From NCBI GenBank assembly GCA_030679895.1, contig JAUXSN010000039.1, forward strand, positions 34,128-98,127: a stretch of DNA of 64,000 bases. Direction: 5' to 3'. The position numbers and the translations under genes are program-made. A model generated the notes under the pieces. That model was not told where the DNA came from. It saw nothing but the letters and a program-made list of their open reading frames with translations, and made no database searches. Positions within the stretch are counted from its first letter, which is position 1; the number at the start of each line of letters is the position of its first letter. Source of the DNA: Candidatus Moraniibacteriota bacterium. GTDB taxonomy: Bacteria; Patescibacteriota; Minisyncoccia; Moranbacterales; UBA11712. This document shows, in pieces, positions 1-9,795 of this stretch.

Positions 1-1167
1 AATTTTTGGTATATATACAGTCTTCTTGCCGGAACTTTTCTGGTCTCGCGTCTTCCGCTGGCTTTTATGCACAAAGATGCATATGCGAATTCTCGTGAAA
101 AAAATGACAACTATATATATCCGAATGTAAGTTTTATTATTGCTGCGAAAAACGAAGAGGAATCGATATACAAAACGATCGAGGCTTGTATGGAATCTGA
201 TTATCCTGCTGAAATGGAGTGCATTGCAATTGATGACGGATCAACCGATAAAACTCTCTCGGAAATGCAGCGGGCAAGTGTTGCGTTCGGCTCTGACGAG
301 GTAAGGGCAGTAACCCTCGGTGTTAATAAAGGAAAGCGCGAGGCTATGTTTGAAGGGGTGAGACTTTCAAAAAATGAAATTATTGTCTTTGTTGATTCCG
401 ACAGTTTTCTGGAAAAGGGGGCTTTGCGGTTGCTTATTCATCATTTCTCTGATGATAAGGTCGGAGCAGTTTCGGGAAATACCGGGGTTGCAAATCACTG
501 TTCAAATCTATTAACGAAAATGCAATCTATACGGTATGCGGTTTCATTCGATATCTTTAAATCCTCCGAAAGTTATTTTGGAGTTGTAACTTGCTGCCCC
601 GGCTGTTTTTCCGCTTATCGCATGAAAGCGATCACGCCGGTGCTTTCCTCGTGGCGCAATCAAATGTTCATGGGGACACGCAGCACTTTTGGTGATGATC
701 GGAGTCTTACGAATTTTGTGCTTCGAGATTGGAAAGTAGCTTATTGTGAAAGTGCAAAAGCGACTACTATTGTTCCTGAAAAATACATGAAGTTCTTGAA
801 GCAGCAACTCCGATGGAAAAAATCATGGATTCGCGAAGGATTTGTCTCGTCTTCATTCATGTGGAAAAAGCATCCGATAGCGGCATTGTCTTTTTATGTC
901 AATTTGATTTTGCCGACTCTAGGGCCATTCGTTGTCGGGTGGGTTCTATATATGACGATTGCGCATTATAACCTGCTATTTCTTATTACATTTTTATTTG
1001 GGGTTACAACAGTAGGGTTATTGTATAGCACCTTCCTTTTTATTATTCAAAGAGAAAAATATTGGTTATATATGCCTGCCTTTTCTATTTTTTATACACT
1101 AATAATGATATGGCAGATGCCATACGCAATCCTAACGCTTAGAAAAACCCACTGGGGTACAAGATAA
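1..1167 (+). CDS. Processive family-2 glycosyltransferase (NodC/hyaluronan/chitin-synthase-like), 5' end truncated by window edge
   Basis: Frame 1 is open from nt 1 into the ORF called at 67, and the upstream residues (FWYIYSLLAGTFLV) look like a TM helix. GT-A motifs DDGSTD and VDSDS are present, as is QQLRW (the QxxRW processive-GT2 signature), followed by C-terminal TM helices. Confidence 0.8.
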   Translation, partial: NFWYIYSLLAGTFLVSRLPLAFMHKDAYANSREKNDNYIYPNVSFIIAAKNEEESIYKTIEACMESDYPAEMECIAIDDGSTDKTLSEMQRASVAFGSDEVRAVTLGVNKGKREAMFEGVRLSKNEIIVFVDSDSFLEKGALRLLIHHFSDDKVGAVSGNTGVANHCSNLLTKMQSIRYAVSFDIFKSSESYFGVVTCCPGCFSAYRMKAITPVLSSWRNQMFMGTRSTFGDDRSLTNFVLRDWKVAYCESAKATTIVPEKYMKFLKQQLRWKKSWIREGFVSSSFMWKKHPIAALSFYVNLILPTLGPFVVGWVLYMTIAHYNLLFLITFLFGVTTVGLLYSTFLFIIQREKYWLYMPAFSIFYTLIMIWQMPYAILTLRKTHWGTR

Positions 1168-1170
1168 TTT

Positions 1171-4100
1171 ATGGCTGCGCAAAATAAGAAAACAATTCTC
1201 ATGATAACAATTGCAGTTCTGATATTATTGGTAGCTGCTTTTTCGTACCCATTTGGCAAGAGAGTCCGGGACATGATGTATACAAACTCTCGTCCTGTTG
1301 AATATGGCAAGGAGGTTATATATTCATATATCGAAGAAGGTGACATTCGTGTTGCAGACGAAATTTCTGAAAATAAATATGAAGTAAGTCGTTTCCAGCC
1401 TGTTCAAATTGACGAGTTAAAATGGAAAGAAGATCCATTTTCTGATTTATATTGGCGCTTCAATTTTTATAATCTGGAGCCTGTAAGAAATCTTCTTTTT
1501 GCTTGGGGGAAAACGGATAATCCGAAGTATAAGGATAAGTTAATAGAAATCACTGAATCATTTATAGATAATGGCATGAACGGACCATATTCTTGGGATT
1601 ATCACGGCGCGTCATTCAGAACCATGACACTTATTAATGTAAGGGAAAAACTTCGCCAAAAAAACGAATTGCCGGCTGACCTGGATAAAAAAATTATTGA
1701 TGCGCTGAAAACTCACGGAGACTTTTTGGCCAACCCAGATCATTTTGAAAAGGACTATAATCACGGTCTTGATCAGGCTGCCGCGCTGTATCTTCTAGCT
1801 GTCAATTATCCAAAACTGTCAGGGGCGGATGTTTGGCTAAAGCTATCTTCTGAACGAATGGCGGGGGTACTTTCTGGAATCATTGATGATGACGGAATCT
1901 TGGTTGAAAATTCTCCCTATTATCATCTTTATGTTCTAGAAAAAATATTGGACATCGATAAATATTTGAAAAAAAATAATTTAGCTATTAAAGGTTTTTC
2001 TGACGAGAAGGTGGACAAAATGGTGTCTTATGCTGTTTATATGTTACAACCCGATTTGAATGTGCCAACAATTGGCGCTTCTATCACGAGGCAGATTGGC
2101 TTGTCGGGAATATATAAAGAAATTGCAGCATCCCATCCGAATCTACTATATGTTTTGACACAAGGCGCCTACGGTGAAAAACCTTCGAACCTGAATGTCC
2201 AGTATCCAGTCAGTGGCGAGACCATAATGCGTTCTGGATGGGGAAGAGGAAAAGATTATATAAATCAGACCCAGCTTATTTTTGATGCAGGCAATTACAG
2301 GACCAATCACAGTGATCTTGATGCGCTTAGCTTCAATTTATTCAGCAAGGGTGTTGCATTGATGCCTGACGCAGGTCTTTATTCCTATGAACCGGGACCG
2401 TATCGCTCATATTTTCATGGTACAAAATCTCACAATACCGTCGTTGTTGATGGAAAAGATCAGAGTGTGGGAGATATAGCAACCTCGATGAAGGCTTCTC
2501 ACGGCTCTTTTCAGGAAGGACCTGGCTATGTTTATCAGTCTGGAGAGAGCAATCTTTACGCCGGAGTTTCTCATGAAAGAGCTGTTGCAATGATTGAGGA
2601 TTCCACGATACTTATATTTGACAACCTTAGATCATCTTCTGACCATACGTATGAGCAAATGTTTCACATTTTTCCAGATGCTAAAGTAAGTTCAGATGGG
2701 TTGACTTTCACAGCGCAAGGAGATAAACCCGAGCAATTATTAACTATAAAGCAATTTATTACTGACGGAGTCGAATTGCATACAACCATCGGTGATCAAA
2801 ATACGCCAAATAGCCTTTGTTCGTCTGAGTATAATAAGGCGCTTCCTTGCCATGCCCTTTCATATACTCAAAAAGGAAAACATGTCTCTTATGTAACAGC
2901 AGTCAGTATTGGCAAAAAAAAGACAGAAATTAAAGCAGAAAAAGACGGAGAAACTTTGACTATTAAGACAGATAAAGGTGAATACACTATAAAAATAAAC
3001 GAAGTGATGGGCGCGGAAAGAAAAACAGAAGTAGATAAAAAAAATGATGCATCTGCGATTTATTCAGAAGCTCAATCGAGTAGCTCGCTGAATATACCAA
3101 ATGAATGGAAAAATGTTACTGGATTTAATGGAGGTTCGGTGGCTGTCGACGGGAAGGAAAATAGTTTGGAAATAATGACACCCTTGGATGGATCAATAAT
3201 TGATGCGGTGAAAACTGCCAATCTGGATTTATCAAACAAAAATATATACTTCAAAATTAAAATTGACAAAACTTCAAACTTGCAAGGGATTGATATTGGC
3301 CTTTCAAATAATAATTGGAAAACAGATGCCAGATATAATATTGACGAAGTATTCAACTACCAATTTGCAAACAGAGAAAGCGATTGGTTACAATTCGGAG
3401 TCGGAAAGAGCGGTTTGCGGAAAGAAGAATTGGGGGGTTGGATAAAAAGCTCCCCATATTTTGACTGGTCAAGAGTTGACGCTGTAAAAATCACTGCTAG
3501 ATCAAAGCAGGGGCAACAATCCACAATAAATATCAAGGAATTCATATTGGTTCCTGATCAAAAGGAGGCTCGCGCGGTTATTGTATTTGATGATGGTTGG
3601 TCTTCAGTTATGGATGCGGCTACGAGTATGAACAAATATGGCATCAAGGGTAATGTCGGTGTTATAACTAACAGCATTGGAAAAAACAGCTATCTGACGC
3701 TGGATAATTTAAAAGAGCTCCAAAATAATTATGGCTGGAACATAGCGAACCATTCAAGTCTCCATAAAAATGCCTTTAACGATTATGAGTCTAACAATAA
3801 TTTGCAGGGGCTTGATGACGATGTGGTCGATGCCCTCCAATATTTGATTCAAAATGATATCAACTCTGCCCCCAACTGGTATATTTACCCAGATGGCAGT
3901 ACTGATGGTTCTATCAAAAAGATAATTAGTAAGTATTATAAATTTGGACGGGCGACATCGGGCATAACGCAATTATTCCCTTTTTCTGAGCCGCTCGAAG
4001 TGGGAGTATTTCCAGTATACAGTGATCGGGCTACGCCCGCCGATGTTCATAGCGCCATTAGCGATGCTATAAAGTACAACCAAACAATTTTCCTAATGTT

Positions 4101-4455
4101 TCACAAAATTTCAGAAGAGCAGCCCTCAATGTTCACAGAAGTTTCACAAAATGATTTTGACACAATTATAAACGACATAAATGCGCAAGGCATAAAAGTA
4201 GTTACTTTATCTGAACTAGATAAAGAAAATAACATACCGGAAACAGAATTTATGCTGCATTCCGCTGTTCCGGGGCAGATTAAATTAGATGTTTCCTCAA
4301 AGCGCATGTCCAATATATTCAGTTATGCTATACTCCAAATATGGGAATATCTAACAAATTCCGGAAAAAGCCTGGCTCAAGGCTTAAAATATATTTATTT
4401 TTTCTCTTTGTTGGGATTATATTTGGATCATCCTACTTTATTTTCATATTTTTAA
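1171..4455 (+). CDS. Multidomain exopolysaccharide-modifying protein: N-terminal TM anchor, heparinase II/III-like (alginate-lyase-like) domain, C-terminal polysaccharide deacetylase (CE4/NodB-like) domain
   Basis: The N-terminal hydrophobic segment is ILMITIAVLILLVAAF. DYNHGLDQAAALYLLA and NHSDLDALSFNLFSKGVALMPDAGLYSYEPGPY match the Hepar_II_III signature H.H.D..SF....G. The C-terminal VIVFDDGWSS...NHSSLH resembles CE4 deacetylase motifs. The gene starts 4 nt after the GT2 stop. Confidence 0.7.
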   Translation: MAAQNKKTILMITIAVLILLVAAFSYPFGKRVRDMMYTNSRPVEYGKEVIYSYIEEGDIRVADEISENKYEVSRFQPVQIDELKWKEDPFSDLYWRFNFYNLEPVRNLLFAWGKTDNPKYKDKLIEITESFIDNGMNGPYSWDYHGASFRTMTLINVREKLRQKNELPADLDKKIIDALKTHGDFLANPDHFEKDYNHGLDQAAALYLLAVNYPKLSGADVWLKLSSERMAGVLSGIIDDDGILVENSPYYHLYVLEKILDIDKYLKKNNLAIKGFSDEKVDKMVSYAVYMLQPDLNVPTIGASITRQIGLSGIYKEIAASHPNLLYVLTQGAYGEKPSNLNVQYPVSGETIMRSGWGRGKDYINQTQLIFDAGNYRTNHSDLDALSFNLFSKGVALMPDAGLYSYEPGPYRSYFHGTKSHNTVVVDGKDQSVGDIATSMKASHGSFQEGPGYVYQSGESNLYAGVSHERAVAMIEDSTILIFDNLRSSSDHTYEQMFHIFPDAKVSSDGLTFTAQGDKPEQLLTIKQFITDGVELHTTIGDQNTPNSLCSSEYNKALPCHALSYTQKGKHVSYVTAVSIGKKKTEIKAEKDGETLTIKTDKGEYTIKINEVMGAERKTEVDKKNDASAIYSEAQSSSSLNIPNEWKNVTGFNGGSVAVDGKENSLEIMTPLDGSIIDAVKTANLDLSNKNIYFKIKIDKTSNLQGIDIGLSNNNWKTDARYNIDEVFNYQFANRESDWLQFGVGKSGLRKEELGGWIKSSPYFDWSRVDAVKITARSKQGQQSTINIKEFILVPDQKEARAVIVFDDGWSSVMDAATSMNKYGIKGNVGVITNSIGKNSYLTLDNLKELQNNYGWNIANHSSLHKNAFNDYESNNNLQGLDDDVVDALQYLIQNDINSAPNWYIYPDGSTDGSIKKIISKYYKFGRATSGITQLFPFSEPLEVGVFPVYSDRATPADVHSAISDAIKYNQTIFLMFHKISEEQPSMFTEVSQNDFDTIINDINAQGIKVVTLSELDKENNIPETEFMLHSAVPGQIKLDVSSKRMSNIFSYAILQIWEYLTNSGKSLAQGLKYIYFFSLLGLYLDHPTLFSYF

Positions 4456-5336
4456 ATTTGAACCATCGGCTCTCAAATTCAACTACTGTTGATTCCGTAA
4501 CTCAAGGTTTAGTAGGCGCGGATTATATCATTGATCCAATTAATGAAAATAACATTAAAATGTTGTATCCAACGAAAGAAAATGGACGCGTCTGGAGCGC
4601 AAAATGGTCAAATGGAAATAAGGAGACCATTGCAAGCGGAGAACGCGATCCTTTTGATTCGGAGTTTATTGCGCGGGGAAACGGCGATGTCTCTATCGAT
4701 GGTGACGGTGTAGCGCAACTTCAAGGAGATTCTCCAAGAATGTATATCTACGATCCTGCCAAGGATAAAAAATGGAATAATGTTGAAGTTACCGTTTATG
4801 CCAAACGCATATCGGAAACGGAGTCGGTGAGCTACCAGGGGATAGTAATCGGTGCGAGAAGCGAACATCAGGATGCAACCCTAAAAAAACCCTGTCTCGG
4901 CGCGACATATTATGGAAGATTGCTCTATGATGGTCGGGCAGTTTTTCAAAAAGAAGTGATTCATGAAGGCGCATATAGCACCAATAAGCCATCAGAAAAT
5001 AATAAAGCGAAATGGAATACCCCCAATGGAACAATGCCAAAAAATGAGTGGATTGGAGTCAAATTTATTGTAAAAACTAACCCAGACGGAAAGTCAGTAA
5101 AACTAGAGCTCTATAGGGATTTAACAGATGGAAAAGATGGAGGAACATGGGAAAAAGTTGCTGAATATAATGATAACGGGAAATGGTCGCAAACAAACTC
5201 TGGCGCTGATGTCAAAGAAAAGTGCGGTTATCAGGCAAATAAAGTACTCTTAAAATCTGGCACCTCGGTATTTATTAGAAATGATAAAATAAAAAATGCG
5301 GAATATAAGTTATTCAGTATTAGAGAAATAGATTAG
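4341..5336 (+). CDS. Hypothetical membrane-anchored/secreted protein
   Basis: There is an N-terminal TM segment (IYLFFLFVGIIFGSSYFIFIFL) and no recognisable catalytic motif. The called start overlaps the upstream gene by 115 nt, and the next in-frame ATG (4560) lies after the TM segment, so the start is uncertain. Confidence 0.5.
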   Translation: MGISNKFRKKPGSRLKIYLFFLFVGIIFGSSYFIFIFLNLNHRLSNSTTVDSVTQGLVGADYIIDPINENNIKMLYPTKENGRVWSAKWSNGNKETIASGERDPFDSEFIARGNGDVSIDGDGVAQLQGDSPRMYIYDPAKDKKWNNVEVTVYAKRISETESVSYQGIVIGARSEHQDATLKKPCLGATYYGRLLYDGRAVFQKEVIHEGAYSTNKPSENNKAKWNTPNGTMPKNEWIGVKFIVKTNPDGKSVKLELYRDLTDGKDGGTWEKVAEYNDNGKWSQTNSGADVKEKCGYQANKVLLKSGTSVFIRNDKIKNAEYKLFSIREID

Positions 5337-5362
5337 TTTTTCTAAAGCTTCGCCTTAATGAC

Positions 5363-5390
5363 GCTTCCCAACATCCGATGTTGGGAAGCG
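5363..5390. terminator. Perfect palindromic hairpin (cgcttcccaacatc|cgatgttgggaagcg) immediately after gene 4341-5336
   Basis: A 13-bp inverted repeat sits 27 nt after the stop codon. Its stem sequence CCCAAC..GTTGGG is related to the dispersed REP-like palindromes. Confidence 0.5.
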
Positions 5391-5841
5391 ATTCAGATTC
5401 TTCTTGCAGCTTCTCTTAATTATGCCATAAAATTGGTGAAGGGGTGAAGTTATCCACATATTGGCTTGCTTTTTGCGGCACAGTTTGCTTTTATAAAGAC
5501 AGAAACAAAAAAGAAAAAAGAAGATTTTCAGGAAGAGGACTTCTTTTTATTTTGCAAAAACAATAAAAACAATGCTTATGCTCAATAAAAAGCATAACTT
5601 AAAAAAGGCCGGTCTAAAGTTGTCACAATAGTGGCGGGTTTGGATTGGCTTTTTTGTTTTCTCAAAATTCAAATGGGAAAATAAAAATTAAGCAGCTGAA
5701 TAATTTATGCCCTCTTAACGAGGGCGGTCTGGAGGAGGGCCTAAAAGATTTGTTGCTTATCAAAAAAAAGCCTTGAAAGGTCGAAGGCGACTGGCTGCCT
5801 CAAATGCGGGAAATAATAATTGGTAAAAATTAATTAAAACT

Positions 5842-6408
5842 ATGAAAAATATAATCAAAAGTCTGGTGATTGTCTTCGCCGTCGCGGCGGTGGCAAGCGT
5901 TGCGACTTATGCTTACTTTTCAAGTCAAGCAACGGTAACAGGCAATACTTATTCTACTGGAACGCTAGAAATTAGAGTAAATGGGCAGCCTTCAATAGCT
6001 GGATTTACTGCATCAAATATGGCGCCTGGCGATTGTAAAGCAGGAGAATTTACAGTAATGAATTATGGAGCGCCTTGGTTTGGTGGCCCAAGCACATTAA
6101 CCGCTGAAGAGCTTGTTATAAGCACCAATAATTTTGGTGGCGATACGAGTGGTTTATGTAATGCGCTAACAGCTGAAATTCAGAACTGTGCAGGGCCATG
6201 CGAAACCGCATATGCTACCGGACCAGTAAACGCTGTAAGTGAGGAAGATCTGCTAATGTCATGGTTTTCAAGTGGATTGGCTGCTGGAAATTCTGAAATT
6301 ATAAAATACGATGTGTGCTTGCCAGATACAGGTTCTGCTCAAGATTCATTACAGGGCAAAACTTGTACATTTGACTTTGTAGTTGACGCATACAACCCAA
6401 AAAGATAA
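5842..6408 (+). CDS. TasA/camelysin-like secreted fibre subunit with SipW-cognate-type signal peptide
   Basis: The N-terminus MKNIIKSLVIVFAVAAVASVATYAYFSSQATVTGNTYSTGTLEI fits the A.F.D....N.F..GTL pattern of TasA/CalY signal regions. An AGGTG-like RBS lies upstream. A paralog is at 6505 and a SipW peptidase at 7178. Confidence 0.65.
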   Translation: MKNIIKSLVIVFAVAAVASVATYAYFSSQATVTGNTYSTGTLEIRVNGQPSIAGFTASNMAPGDCKAGEFTVMNYGAPWFGGPSTLTAEELVISTNNFGGDTSGLCNALTAEIQNCAGPCETAYATGPVNAVSEEDLLMSWFSSGLAAGNSEIIKYDVCLPDTGSAQDSLQGKTCTFDFVVDAYNPKR

Positions 6409-6421
6409 TCCAATCTCTTTT

Positions 6422-6447
6422 CTCTCCGCGTGGCAGGGAACGGAGAG
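6422..6447 (+). terminator. Hairpin between the two TasA-like paralogs (ctctccg..cggagag)
   Basis: A 7-bp stem with a 12-nt loop sits 14 nt after the stop and upstream of the RBS (aaggaggtg) of the next gene. This placement suggests a partial terminator or attenuator. Confidence 0.35.
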
Positions 6448-6504
6448 ATGAGAGCGAGGATTTTGAAGCTCGCGAAACAAAAATAAAAGAAAGGAGGTGA
6501 AAAA

Positions 6505-7113
6505 ATGAAAAATATAATTCGAAGCTTGGTAGTTGTCTTTGCCGTTGCGGCGATTGCCGGAAGCGCGACATATGCGCTTTATCACGCGGAAGGCACAGTT
6601 TCTGGCGTAACCGCTTCAGCCAGCGATATGGATCTGAAGATAGATTCAAATCCGGATCCGAGTGGGTATAATTGGTCGGATGGCTTTGCCGTCACCAACG
6701 CGCAACTTGAAGCGCTGGGGCTTGACAGCTTGAAGCCGGGCAGTCATGGCCAGCAGATATTCGACATCAAAAATGTTGCAGGCGATGTTGATGGCGCTGC
6801 CTCAATAAAGTTGCATAGGACGTCTGCATGGAGCGATCTTGTGAACAACCTAAGGTTCACTGTATATTTCGATCCTGATAACAACGGAGCCTTTGGATCA
6901 GCTCTTGTGTCAGGCACTCTGGGTGAATTCGAGGGCAATACTTATACTCTCGGTCAGATCGTAGGTACTGCAACCCAAGAAAATACAGGTGGCGTTTTGG
7001 GAAAAAATGCTAGTGTCAAAATAGAATGGGACATTCCGAGTACTGCCGGAAACGAGATAATGGGAGACAGCGTCACATTTGACATCACTTTTGGTCTTGA
7101 TCAGACTCCATAA
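6505..7113 (+). CDS. TasA/camelysin-like secreted fibre subunit (paralog)
   Basis: MKNIIRSLVVVFAVAAIAGSATYALYHAEGTVSG is near-identical to the signal region of 5842. A strong RBS (aaaggaggtg) lies upstream. Confidence 0.65.
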   Translation: MKNIIRSLVVVFAVAAIAGSATYALYHAEGTVSGVTASASDMDLKIDSNPDPSGYNWSDGFAVTNAQLEALGLDSLKPGSHGQQIFDIKNVAGDVDGAASIKLHRTSAWSDLVNNLRFTVYFDPDNNGAFGSALVSGTLGEFEGNTYTLGQIVGTATQENTGGVLGKNASVKIEWDIPSTAGNEIMGDSVTFDITFGLDQTP

Positions 7114-7177
7114 TTCCCTTTCAGATCACATCTCTTGAAGGTGTGGTCGATAAAGGAAAATATTATCAAATTAATCC

Positions 7178-7783
7178 ATGAAATCAATCGGAAAAATATT
7201 CAAGTATGCCGTAAATACGATCTTGGTCTTGCTGGTTCTTCTCGGCGTGTTTGTCGTGTTCTCCTTTGTTCCTTTTCCGGGGAATTACAAGGTTTTCACG
7301 GTTATGTCGGGGTCAATGGAGCCGACGATCAAGACGGGGAGTTTGATTTTCGTGAAGCCGATGGCGGATTATGGCGTTGGAGACATCGTGACGAGGCGGA
7401 CGACCGATGCCAAAGTGACGATCACGCACAGAATTGTTTCCAAGGAAGAAATTCAGGGGAAAATTGCATTTGAAACGAAAGGCGACGCGAACGACGCGCC
7501 GGACGGGGAAAAATTCACGGCCGAGGGAATTGTCGGAAAATCAATCTTGAAAATTCCGTGGCTGGGGTATCCGGTGGGATACGCGAAGACCACGCCTGGA
7601 TTGATATTGCTGATAGTGATTCCGGCGGTGATCATCATCTATGACGAGATGAACAAGATAAAAGATGAGATCAAGAAGAAGTTCAGATATCGAAAAGCGG
7701 TTGCCGCAAGAAATGATAACAAAAATAGTGAAGATGTGATCGAGGAAATTAAAAAGGAAGAGACACCCCGTAAAATCATTTAA
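7178..7783 (+). CDS. sipW: Signal peptidase I, SipW/archaeal type (S26)
   Basis: An N-terminal TM segment is followed by the MSGSMEPT motif containing the catalytic Ser (S26 box B) and a C-terminal TM. The gene sits between the TasA-like genes and a large SipW-cognate protein. Confidence 0.75.
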   Translation: MKSIGKIFKYAVNTILVLLVLLGVFVVFSFVPFPGNYKVFTVMSGSMEPTIKTGSLIFVKPMADYGVGDIVTRRTTDAKVTITHRIVSKEEIQGKIAFETKGDANDAPDGEKFTAEGIVGKSILKIPWLGYPVGYAKTTPGLILLIVIPAVIIIYDEMNKIKDEIKKKFRYRKAVAARNDNKNSEDVIEEIKKEETPRKII

Positions 7784-7788
7784 ATCAG

Positions 7789-9795
7789 ATGAAGCGAATA
7801 ATCAGAAAAAAATTCAGGAGGTTCTGGAGGTCGGTGATCAACAGGCGATTAGTAAAGTACGCCTCTCGTTTCGGTCTGGCCGTTTTCCTGCTGGCAATGG
7901 TTTTGAGTTTTGGAAAAATCCAGGGGACAAATTCTTTTTTCATGGACACGGCGACTGTGGCAGGAAATGAGATTTCAGCCGGATATTGGATTCCGGTTTT
8001 GACGATGACCGTTTCGCCAAAAAATCCCGATGGGCAGAACAATTTTTATGTTTCTCATCCCTGCGTGACACTTGAAGCGAAATTGGGAGGCTCTGTCGCG
8101 TCGCTTTCGGAAGTGGATATATTTTATGAATTCTCGAACGACGGCAATCCGGTTTCGGGCGGAACGAAATACGACGGAACCTGTGTTTCGATTCCCGACG
8201 GAAACCCGACTTATTTTCAGGCGATTGCCGTGAACAAATTGAATTCCGACTGGAAAAGCAATGTCGTGAATGATCAGTTCAAGGTTGACACGCAATGTCC
8301 GGTTGTTGAAATCACAAATCCTGACAGCGGTGACGATTTGAGCGGTTCGGTTGAAATCCGCGGCACTGTGACGGACGCCAATCCGCACCACTACTGGCTG
8401 GTGATCGAAAATTCATCCGGCGCGAAAGTCGCGGGTCCGGGAACGGTGAACGATGCGAATTCTTTCACGGACAAGAAATTTTTCGACTGGGACACGACGG
8501 CGGTTCTGGACGGAGATTATAAAATAAAGCTCGAAGCGCGCGACGCCGCGGGAAACAAATGCCCGAATCAGGCGCCGGTTCTTGCCGATCCGAATGATCC
8601 AAACGATTCAGTTGATTGGATTGATGTGACTGTGGCCAACACGCCGGTTGTTTCTGCCGGTGATGTGATCATCAATGAAGTGATGTGGATGGGAAGCTTT
8701 GCGCATCCACATGATGAATGGATTGAACTCAAGAATACAACCGGACATCCGATAAACGTGAAAAATTGGAATATCGAGGGAGCAGTTGAAGGAAGCGGCG
8801 GGCATCTCGAAATTGCCGGAAACACGGGACACGAAGGCGACGACATGATCATCCCCGCGCACGGATACTTTCTTATTGCAAACTATAACCGAGATTCATC
8901 GGATATAAATGTTGATGTGGATTTGGTGAAAACTAGTATAAGCCTCAATGATGAATATGACGACAACGGCCCGTTGGTTTTGAAAGATACTTCAGATCAA
9001 ACGATTGACGCGACTGCGGCGCCGACAGGACACAGTTGGCCGGCGGGCATTCATGGACTTGTCGTTCCCGGCGGGATATTGCATTGGTCAATGGAAAGAA
9101 ACAACACTCCGTCAAGCGGCTGGCACACCTGCGATCCTACGGCGATGACGCCAGCCCAATTTCTAACGATGAAAAGCTATTGGGATTGGGACGCCTTATT
9201 GTTCAACTGCGGCACGCCGGGGCATGCCAATCTTTCCAAAAACGATCCTTCCAAAAGTGACATTGAAGAATATTTCAATAAAAGTGAAATAAAAGAGGAT
9301 GTGGTTTTGGAGCCGCTTGAGAAAAGTGGAAATGATGGTGTTGAAGCGTTGAAAATAACGAAAAAAGTCCCGATAAAAGTTGTTGGCGCGCCGGATGTTG
9401 CGGAGGGCTTGAAATACAAAATCGACCAGCGGATAAAAAAAGTCAATCTTTCCGGAGATTTTCCGGACAAGGAAATAATCGTAGATTTAGCCAAACTGGG
9501 ACTCATTGAAAAAACCGGCGAGATCAAAATCAGGATCAGCGACCTCGATTTACCGGATGGTGTGGAAGTCGTTTCGCAGAAAGACAACGGGCTGGTGCTT
9601 TTGATTACGGTTGAAAAGCAAAAAGACAAGGTTGCGAAAGTCGCGAAGAAAAACAATAAGTCCGGAAAAAAGTCGAAGAAAAAAGGAAAAGCCGAGCTGA
9701 AACAGGCGGAGCAGGCCGCTCTTCCCGATAGTGGAAAAGAAAGCGGGAGCGGAGACGGCGATCCGAATAACAATAATAAAAATCCCATTACATGA
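7789..9795 (+). CDS. Large secreted protein with SipW-cognate-like signal region and a lamin-tail domain (LTD)
   Basis: An N-terminal TM is followed by GTNSFFMDTATVAGNEISAGYW, which resembles the TasA signal pattern. VIINEVMWMGS...DEWIELKNTTGHPINVKNWNIEG matches the LTD signature. The C-terminus is lysine-rich. Confidence 0.55.
   Translation: MKRIIRKKFRRFWRSVINRRLVKYASRFGLAVFLLAMVLSFGKIQGTNSFFMDTATVAGNEISAGYWIPVLTMTVSPKNPDGQNNFYVSHPCVTLEAKLGGSVASLSEVDIFYEFSNDGNPVSGGTKYDGTCVSIPDGNPTYFQAIAVNKLNSDWKSNVVNDQFKVDTQCPVVEITNPDSGDDLSGSVEIRGTVTDANPHHYWLVIENSSGAKVAGPGTVNDANSFTDKKFFDWDTTAVLDGDYKIKLEARDAAGNKCPNQAPVLADPNDPNDSVDWIDVTVANTPVVSAGDVIINEVMWMGSFAHPHDEWIELKNTTGHPINVKNWNIEGAVEGSGGHLEIAGNTGHEGDDMIIPAHGYFLIANYNRDSSDINVDVDLVKTSISLNDEYDDNGPLVLKDTSDQTIDATAAPTGHSWPAGIHGLVVPGGILHWSMERNNTPSSGWHTCDPTAMTPAQFLTMKSYWDWDALLFNCGTPGHANLSKNDPSKSDIEEYFNKSEIKEDVVLEPLEKSGNDGVEALKITKKVPIKVVGAPDVAEGLKYKIDQRIKKVNLSGDFPDKEIIVDLAKLGLIEKTGEIKIRISDLDLPDGVEVVSQKDNGLVLLITVEKQKDKVAKVAKKNNKSGKKSKKKGKAELKQAEQAALPDSGKESGSGDGDPNNNNKNPIT

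Noticed and set aside
4341-4455. Possible programmed frameshift or fusion between the 1094-aa protein and the next gene
   Set aside because: The 115-nt overlap could equally be a mis-called start. Only the overlap supports a frameshift, so it is reported as a start-site uncertainty.
7135-7473. 112-aa ORF overlapping the start of the SipW gene
   Set aside because: It lies in a different frame of the same strand as the signal peptidase, which has the S26 catalytic motif, and it has no support of its own.
9177-9788. 203-aa minus-strand ORF
   Set aside because: It is antisense to the 3' lysine-rich part of the LTD protein gene and gives a low-complexity Ser/Phe/Leu-rich product.
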